This document shows, piece by piece, positions 55,516 to 64,000 of a stretch of DNA of 64,000 nucleotides. This DNA is from Amoeboaphelidium protococcarum X5 (Eukaryota > Fungi > Aphelidiomycota): NCBI GenBank assembly GCA_023515725.1, contig JALDTO010000181.1, positions 124,001-188,000 of the forward strand, read 5' to 3'. How positions within the stretch are numbered: the stretch's first letter is position 1; each line of letters begins with the position of its first letter. The position numbers were made by a program, and so were the translations under genes. The notes under the pieces are model-generated. The model did no database searches. It was given only the letters and a program-made list of their open reading frames with translations, and had not been told where the DNA came from.

Positions 55516-56530
55516 TATAAGTCTCGGGGTCGATATTCTTTATAATAAAAATCAAAATGTTATATCTCTTATAAAATATGTACTTTTTTCAACAATAAAG
55601 AAGCTGAGAGGGAACCTGGAGGAGGGACTTATTTTTAGACAATGGAATCTGATGTTTTCTGTTGCCATGCTGCACACATTACTGATCACTATGAGTATGT
55701 TTAGATCTTGGCTTGACTTGCGGAGGAGAGTCTTTTCCAGTCTGCTATGACTATTTAGATGATGATGATTACTTCTATTATGACTGCTAAGACTTTATAA
55801 ACGAATTGCTATGGTGAGTTCTAGGAGGTGGTATTGGAGGAGTTGACATTTTTAATCACAATATGATAGTCAAGTGCAAGGTAACAGTAGATCAAACAGC
55901 TATAAACAGATAGCAAATATCAAAAGAACTTTAAGCAATAATATCAAACGATAATTCTTTAAATTTCAAGCCAGCAATGAAGCCAGATAAAGGAACTATT
56001 CAACGAAAGTTTGTTAACTTCAAAGCTGAGTGAGACTTTGTTTGAGGGAAGGTATAAATGATCGACTGTCAAGAACGATTGAAAATTGCGCCGTTTCATC
56101 TTTACGGTATTGCTTTCATTGTTAGTAGGTAAGTGATGTAGATTTAGATTATCTGAAAGTTAAAAAAATTCTTACTCTATTTAGCTTTCCGTATTGTTAT
56201 TTTGAAATAGAGCAAGTTTGAAGTTTAATTTAAAGAACTCTGTATGCAAGTTCCAATATGTTGAGACCATTGCTTTAAAAGGCTTATGTAATTTGACGTT
56301 CCTTAATATCAGATACTTCCTTAATTCATACAGACCAATGTAGATTATTTACGATTTAATTCTATGCATTTTGACACGAACGCATTCATGCTTGGACAAA
56401 GCGTTTCAGAGATTTTAAATTGACTCGCACAAGGGGCCAACTGTTTTCACACGTTTTCAATGTGAAACGACGCGTGTTTCTCTTTGCAAATCCAATTGTT
56501 TACAATACAAAGAATTTGAACGCTATCAAT

Positions 56531-57451
56531 ATGACAAGACGTAGTAAGAGAATAAAGGGGTCTAAACTTGATGTTGTTGTTAAGAAGTAGAGATCGGGCT
56601 ACAAGACTTCATTGAAATTATTTGTGTGCCAAGTCTTGCCATTGGTCATTCAGCATCAATCCGATATTGTAAACTATAATGGTATAAAGCGCGGTGACAA
56701 TCTACTAATACTGTTACTGAAGTGGAAGAATGATAATTGCTGGTTGGCTTCAAGAATTGTCAGCAATCTCATTTCAATGTATTCTTCCCTGAATTTCATT
56801 AATGACTTTGCCACTTTGAATAATGCCATACGATTTTGCTAAGTTTATAAAAAACAATTCAGTAAGACTGCATTTGACGTGATGACAGGTTAATTCAATG
56901 GAAAGAGCCTGTGTAATTTGCTAATGTTGTTAGATATCAAATCTGTTCGTCTTTGTATTCAAAAACTCGGATATGATCCTTCCGTATCAATTGATGATGA
57001 ACAAGTTTAAAAATTTATTGTAAAATTTGCTGCGATCCTTCAAACTCCTCTGTACTAAGGAATTGCCGCTGCGATTATAACGGAGATGGAAGCTTTTGTT
57101 TATGTTTACGATCATTTCTTGTAGAGCGCGGTCAAGAGCAACGTAAATTTGTCGGTTCAATCTATTCTGCTGGACATTGTTTATAATGGCAGTTGTGCCG
57201 GGCGTTCTGAAGATTTGCAGCTTGCATTGATCAAGATGTGGCTGTTGCCAATTATTCGTTATGAATGCAAAGTACGCGGAGATTATGCACACGTTCTTGT
57301 GGACTCAGTTTGGGAAATTGTGAGGGATGACTTAATGGCTGTTAAAGATTAGTTAACTCAGAAGAATAGCGTAAACAGGGTCGTCGGTGATTGTATTAGA
57401 CACGCTGTCACATGCAGCAAGGCTTGGACTAATGAAGTTGGCGGTCGTTGA
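56531..57451 (+). CDS. Orphan protein A, paralog of 59247-60668, basic N-terminus; 306 aa
   Basis: ATG 56531 (MTRRSKRIKGSK) to TGA 57451, open with TAR=Gln; shares motifs with the downstream paralog. Confidence 0.7.
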
Positions 57452-57868
57452 CCGGTTGTTTGAGAATTATGAATATTTGATTATTAAAGAATACTAGTTT
57501 AAATTAACAATATCTCTCTTTAATTTATTTCGTTCATTTAGCAGAAGTTGTGGCAATATTAAAGTTGAATTATTTGGACGCCTTTAGTTGTTTACGCAAT
57601 ACATCTCTCACAATCTTTGACGCGTTTTTGTTCAAGTCCAGACTTTACGGATGGTAACGCATGATGCTCGTTGAAACTAAAGAAGATTGATGAAGATGAA
57701 ACCAACTGTAAATCATGAGTCTTTTATATGAATACTAATGTTAAACATTACAATCATATCATAAAATGATTTTAATTTAACAGCTATTTAATTCGCTTAA
57801 ATGTGTAATCTTAAGTCAGGCGTCATAGTCGAGAATCATATTCCAAAGCATAATCTGAATAATCAGCT

Positions 57869-59002
57869 TCATACCTTATGCGTAATCAACTCCTAAAGCT
57901 AATCTAATGTTGGCTTCTTTGTAATATTATGTTATAGAACGAAACTAATGGCATTTGATGCAGGAACAAGAACTTAGGCGCCATCTAATTCAACCTTCCT
58001 AAATACTTTATCAGGAATAGAACGCTCCAGGTCCTTAACTTTTAAAGTATTATTTATAATCAATTTCTTTTCCTTATCAAACAGCATCAATATTTCTTTC
58101 ATATCATTATCCTTGGTCTAATAATCTTCAACAATCTCGATTGCAGCTAAAATTTAATCACACAATTGATCACCAATGACCTGACGAGCGTTAAGACCAT
58201 TCTGCAGAGCATTCTCAACACTATCCCAAAGCATCGCGTAATTAGATGGAACTCCACCAAGCACAGCAAAGACGGTATCTTCCAAGCCGGCTTCTGTGAT
58301 ATGTCTAAATAATACTTCAAACTGCTTAAGTTACAATACCATGTCCCAGGACATTGGTTTTACAACACAAACTCGCTGACGTCCAGTTCGAAAAACGAGT
58401 CGCTTAACGAGTTTAGCGGTCCGTCCACAATGTATCACAGCTTAAACTCATCAGCCAAAGTGGGGACAGCACCAGTCAGACCAGCATAACGGTCGCCAGG
58501 TTCACGTTCGGTAGCATTGATGACGACGATTGGTGGGCTTCCGAACGTGAACAAGCGATGCCAAAATATAACGCGCTTGGCACTGCCCATAGGACGAAAA
58601 AAATCCAACTAGGTAGATACGCGTTAATTCTTTCAGCGTGTTATGAACGATATCGTCCTAAGTATGATTAGGCTAAGCTTGCAAAGTAATTACACCGGGC
58701 ATCTTACTGGTGGCAGTTCTAAGTAAGCAAGATTTTCCAACTCCCTTCTCACCAGTAACCACTAAGTACCTTTCTTCAAAATCCTTCTTGACCAATCTGC
58801 TTCTGAGATATTGTATTTCTGCCTTCCGAATGGACTCGGGTACAGGCTTGAATGCAAAACGCGAACGCAGCGCTATCCAAGCAGCTCTTCATGGTCCGAC
58901 ACGCGGGACCAGTCCAGCAGCAGCAGACACAACCGTTCCACCGATAGTAAAAAGAGGCAATAATTCTTTGATACAAGCAGACAGATCGTAAAAAATTGAC
59001 AT
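57869..59002 (-). pseudogene. Disrupted P-loop NTPase (AAA/STAND-like)
   Basis: Walker A YLVVTGEKGVGKSCLL and a later VLGGVP motif. Two in-frame TGA codons (GGA CCA TGA; AAG CTG TGA) and about three frameshifts must be crossed to keep a protein-like reading. Confidence 0.65.
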
Positions 59003-59246
59003 TTTATGAGTATCAGCTTTTATAGTACTGTAGTAAACGAAGGAATAGTGAAGCGCAATAGCGTGGTTGGTAGTGTTGTATCAATGCCGCAATTCCGTAA
59101 AGAGTTGGATAAAACATTAAAAACACTCCACGATCATTGTTGGAAGAAAGTCAATCAACGAAACGAGAACTTGGTACGTTCTTGCCCCACTTACAATACA
59201 TCCCTCTACTCCCGTTTCCTTTTACCACTGAGACATAACATTAACC

Positions 59247-60668
59247 ATGACAAGGAAGAAGACTAAAAAGAAAGCTAAGAGCAAAAGTAATTCAAATTTA
59301 AAAAGTAAATAGTCATAGTCAGAGTCAGAGTAATCAATTGAGACTGAAATAAATGACGCGAACGTTGATAATAAGAGTAACATTGATCAAAGTGAATATG
59401 ATCTCGAATTACCAGAGTTGGTTGACGTTCCTGATGCTCCTCCGTCTTAACAATTATTCAGTCAGCGTACTTTATTGGATATTAAATAGAATTAATCTGT
59501 ACGTGATATAAACGAGTCTCCTCAAAATATTTAAGTGAAGTCTGATGCATCTCCTCGATCGGCGTCAACTAGCAAAAAATCCAGTTCTAAGTATCGTTTC
59601 TACTACAAAGAGCCTTCATCGCCTGCCGAATCTGATGCACAAGAGACACCTCAAGATTAAGAATAAAATTCTTTAGCGACTGATGTCGGTCATGCAGTAA
59701 AGATACGTGTGTCCTACGATATTGATTAAGTCCTGGAAACTAATTCAATCGCTCCTCATAAGATCGTCAATGTTAGAATGTGGAGCGTGTTCTTAAAGTA
59801 AGTTCTGCCTTTAATTGTTAAATGGAAATGCTAAAGAATTCAAGACAATGGATATCAAGCTGGACTAGTTTTACTCTAGTTGATGCTCAACATCAAGAGG
59901 GAATCGTTTTATTACGAACGCGTATTGATGCAACTATCCAAGAGTGATTTGCGAGACGTTGACTTGTCCAATGCGTTTGGTACTGAGGCTTTTAAAGTTC
60001 GGTTCATCAAAGAGTTCTTTCTGCATTATAAGCATTTGGCAACGAAGCGCTTCACGTTCTCATGCAATTATTATGAGATTGATGAGTGTACCGAGTTTTT
60101 GCCTTATCTATATACTGTCCAGCTGATTTTGAAAACTAATCCGTCCATTGGTCGGGCTGAACATTAAACTGAATATCCTGAAGATTTATTTGACAAGATT
60201 ATTAGCAAGTACGAGTCTGATTGTAAGCAAGTGGCTGCCAGCAAGAAGCCGTACTATTTCTACATGCTGTTCTGTGCTGCACATAATCTATATGGCAATG
60301 AGTATCCACCAGTGTGGAATAATCCGTACATAATCATTTAGAAGTTGCAGAATGGCAAAATTGCAGATTAGAATGTTTTGAAGGCTATATGTTGGTCAAT
60401 GCTGAGACCATTTGGTCATTACGAGTGTCGATAGGCAGGTGTTGATGATTCTGAATTAGTTGGCGTATATCTGTAAGATTTTATGGATCTATTTTGGGAC
60501 GGTGTGAGTATTAATTTGGAAAAGGTATCTAACAAGTACACGATTGCAAAGGCTGTTTAGGACTCCATTCAATCTCTCATCCCAGCTTACAAGGATTGGA
60601 TCATTTAAACGAGCAAGTCTGACAGCGATTCTGGTTCTGATCTTTAAGTGGAAATATAGAACGAATGA
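59247..60668 (+). CDS. Orphan protein B, paralog of 56531-57451, NLS-like N-terminus and disordered linker; 473 aa
   Basis: ATG 59247 (MTRKKTKKKAKSK) to TGA 60668, open with TAR=Gln. Confidence 0.7.
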
Positions 60669-61226
60669 ATAACGCGTATATACATAGAATTTATATAACA
60701 TTGATTTACTTGCGCGTAAATAAGGTAGTTGATTAACGGCACTGAGCATCAATTGCTTCCTTTAAACTCAACTGACATCTCAATTGTTTCAAATTTTATC
60801 GCGTTTAATGCACAACTTTCGAAATCTTGCTCATAAATATACCGAGAGGGAGGGACACGTCGTCACTTCTATCGCAGCGAGTCAAAAAAGCAACTGCCAC
60901 GTCAAAGAACGTTGGAATATACTTTTTGACCATATTGTACTTATATAGAAAAATAATGCCTTATATATATTCGTTAAACCCATGTCTTTAGTTGAAACTT
61001 TGTACATTGACTTGGATATTGTCAATGCAAGAAAATGTCAGAACGCGTCAGTAAATTGATCAGCTTTCATTGAATGCATCTTTTTGCCAATGATTAAGAG
61101 GCGTAGTACACAAGATGGTAGACTCTCGGAGGTAAACTCCTGCAATAATTGAATAATAGAGGCGCAAAACACAGATAGTTAAATGAGAAAATGTATTTTA
61201 TGCAATTAACTCAATCTTAATCTGTG

Positions 61227-62699
61227 TCAGTAATTGTCTCGCATTAAAGATGGAGTCCAGTTGAGTATGGGGTGAGTTTATGGTGTGGCGTTAGGATCTT
61301 CTTTCCAAATCTTGATCAATTTATCAGCTTCTCCTGTAATCAGTCTTGAGCCGGTAATATCAAAAGATGAGCAGAAAATCCCAGCGTCACTCTCAACATT
61401 GTCGATTCCTATCTTGGTTCTTGTCTACTAAAATGAGTACCCAGATTTATAATCCCAGAATTACATCGAGCCATCGTCACCTACACAAAACTAAAAGTTA
61501 GCATTGGAGTGTAATTTCAAACAAGGATACACTCAAACTTACCTCCGCTAAAGAGCACATTATCTTCATTTATGGAGACTGTGTTTAACAATGCATTGTG
61601 GCCTTACAAATTCTACAGTAACTTTCCATCATATCCTCTCCATTACTTGATGCCATCCTATGACGCGGAGCAAAACGAAAACTCCACAGGATTGCTAGCC
61701 AGAGCTCTTACACCTTTCTTGTGATGAGTAAGAGTGGTCATAGTCTTTCCTGCAGCCAGATCATATATTCGAACTGTAGAATCCATAGAGCCAGATATGA
61801 CCTGAGGGTCCACTTCTTAACAAAGGAGAGAGGTGATGGTATGAGAGTGACCGCGCAGAATATGAACACAATCACGCGTTCTGATATCCCAGCATCTAAC
61901 AACCGAGTCTCTGCCACCTGTAAAGCACAAGTCTAATGTCGGATGTAACGATAAGGAATATACTCCACTACTATGCCCATGATAATGTCGTATCACCTTA
62001 TTCACTTCCAGATCCCAGCACTTCACCTAATTGTCTTCCCCGGCACTGAACAAATACGGCGAACGTTTAGATATGCCCAGTGCACGAACAGTAGAGATGT
62101 GTCCGGTGAGAGATAACTTTAAGGTACCGGATGCCAAATCCCAAATCTTGATCATTCTATCCGCAGAGCCTGTGGCAAACCATTCATTGGTGTGATCAAC
62201 CGCAATGCATCGCACCCAGCCAACATGACCTCCAATGACACGCGCCAACTTCCATGGAGCATGCCACTCTGGTCTAGGTACGTCTCTACGTTGAAACTTG
62301 ATTAGAGACTCTTTGGTAGGTAATTCAAAATCCTAAGTGAGAACCCCGCCATTATCGCTCAAAGCATGATCCTGCCAATCTCGATGTACATGCGTTATAG
62401 AACGCTCACGGGTGTTATCCTCATTCTCATCATATTAAATGTCAAAAGTCTGGCTCTAAATAGAATCAGTGGATTACAAGGCTCGAAGTATGATGGCATC
62501 GACATCTCTACACTAAATCAAATTTGGTCAATCAGTGTGAGTTTAAATCATGGCTTGTGTAAAATACTTACACGCTAAAATCTAAGGAGCTTTCATCACC
62601 GTATAATACATCAGTCAATTTGGAATTCTCCTTCAGTAAATCAGTAAGATCAGCCTTATTGAGCTGCTACTCTGTTAAGTACGACTCAATATTGTCCAT
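61227..62699 (-). CDS. PRP46: Pre-mRNA splicing factor Prp46/PLRG1, WD40 (introns 62508-62571 and 61481-61542)
   Basis: [78 protein letters not shown]. Confidence 0.96.
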
Positions 62700-63005
62700 T
62701 GTGCGTGTAATTGATCAGTTTTAGAATTCGATGAAAACAGAAACTAAGACGGGCAAAGTCAAGACGCGTTTTCAGATATAGAGATCTTCATTGTAATGCA
62801 AGTCTAACACACTCCAAATATTTATATCAGTTTACAATTTAAGTCTGTTTAAGAAATAAGTTGTTTCTATAAATCTTTTAATATGATCATCATTATACTA
62901 CTGTTTACATATTTGGGCGCTAAGACACCAAGTGTGCTATTTTTAGAACTTTTAATCACCCCATTATCTCAGGCTCTTGATTAAAAAGATATTATACTTT
63001 CAGAC

Positions 63006-64000
63006 ATGGAATTCTCCTCCAAATTTAAATTTACTCTCATTGTTAAGGAAGTCCGTTCAATCGAAGCATAAATATGGAGTTATAATAATCAGTCTAGGTG
63101 TAAGAGTTAATCATTGTTTCATATTTAACAACAACACTTAAAGATAGCAACTGTGTAGTAGTGACAACTAAAGCTAAAATGTCCTTCCTGCGGTGCAGAG
63201 GCTATCGATGCTGGTCAAAGTTATTCTTCCACAAGGACATACAACTTTAATTCAAGTTACCGAGGATAATACCGTTGAAGATTTACTTTTGATGGTGTGT
63301 TAGCGCAAAGTGTTGGTTGCAACAGATTTTGATGTGCTGATAAAATCGCCGTTATCAGATATTGAAACAATTGCCCCATTAGATTCATAGTTTATCGCTT
63401 TTGGCGTAAAAGAGATAAAGCTTCTAGATAAGAGGGGTTAAGAGACTCCAAATGGAAACTCAGACTCATAATTAAGTACGCCTATTAGTAAAGGTAGAAG
63501 GTAGTCTCAGATTCGGTTGGTGAAGCATGAAGGGGCGCGGATGGCAGCAATTGAAGTCCCTCAATCAGTGATGACGAAAGTTGATGATCAAAGCACTGAT
63601 AAGAGCGATAAGAGCAAGCGTAAATCTAATCCGCTGTAAAGCTTGGCTTAAATATTCAAGGATAAGAAATTTGGCATCAGTCTTAGTAATACTAGTGCCA
63701 GTATACTGCCGATAGTTGAGCGGCCAGATGTAGTTGTTGCTGATGTACCGGACAAGAAGCCATTCTCCCATTAAAGCTCGCGAGTATCTGACGACACACT
63801 AGAGCACGACATAGCAGAGTCTTTCACCACATCTAAACCCGGCTCCACCATTTCCGATAGTCGAAGCCACGTGCCTGCTGATAGTGTAGATGATTTCGTG
63901 GACATGTACGACGATGTCAGCTAAATGGCTCCGACATCGCCCGGACCTGTTAGTCCAGTTGTTTTCGATAGAAAGCGCGCGTAGTCGACAGGCAGGGCGT
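63006..64000 (+). CDS. Partial gene with an RBD/ubiquitin-like domain followed by a disordered region; start and first intron uncertain
   Basis: Frame open from about 63160 to the window end: MLVKVILPQGHTTLIQVTEDNTVEDLLLMVCQRKVL resembles Raf-like RBD domains. Probable intron ending GTGTAG near 63157. Confidence 0.5.

Noticed and set aside
55600-56450. Short coding-like fragments between the kinase and orphan A
   Set aside because: The frames I read are closed by TGA within about 30 codons and show no recognisable homology.
59006-59266. ORF MSISFYST... as the start of orphan B
   Set aside because: It is in a different frame from the long ORF; ATG 59247 (MTRKK) parallels the paralog's MTRRSK start.

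Overview
Gene-dense eukaryotic (fungus-like opisthokont) genomic DNA that uses a non-standard nuclear code: TAA and TAG encode Gln and only TGA is a stop. The supplied standard-code ORF track therefore fragments every gene and misses some entirely (MTR3, the actin-bundling protein, syntaxin). The code together with fungal-type genes points to an aphelid such as Amoeboaphelidium (inference). Re-reading by hand with TAR=Gln gives about 30 genes. Housekeeping genes: CHO2, a PMC1-type Ca-ATPase, a second P2 ATPase, MTR3, a DH-PH RhoGEF, RCC1, VPS41, UBC7, HPPD, syntaxin, BZZ1, PPIL4 and PRP46. Also present: two tandem R7-type RGS genes, two candidate secreted effectors, a pair of orphan paralogs and a P-loop NTPase pseudogene. 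The main discovery is a tandem array (18.2-32.4 kb) of four receptor-like kinases. Each has a signal peptide, a prokaryote-type SBBP beta-propeller, a variable S/T-rich or poly-Thr stalk, a TM helix and a non-RD (HCD) kinase that keeps its catalytic motifs but stops right after subdomain IX. The copies are recombinant mosaics. A same-family kinase at 52.9-55.5 kb has almost no ectodomain but a complete kinase domain, suggesting a receptor/co-receptor system. All 11 introns I could resolve are 54-69 nt and end in TGTAG. All translations and family calls were made by eye without database searches.
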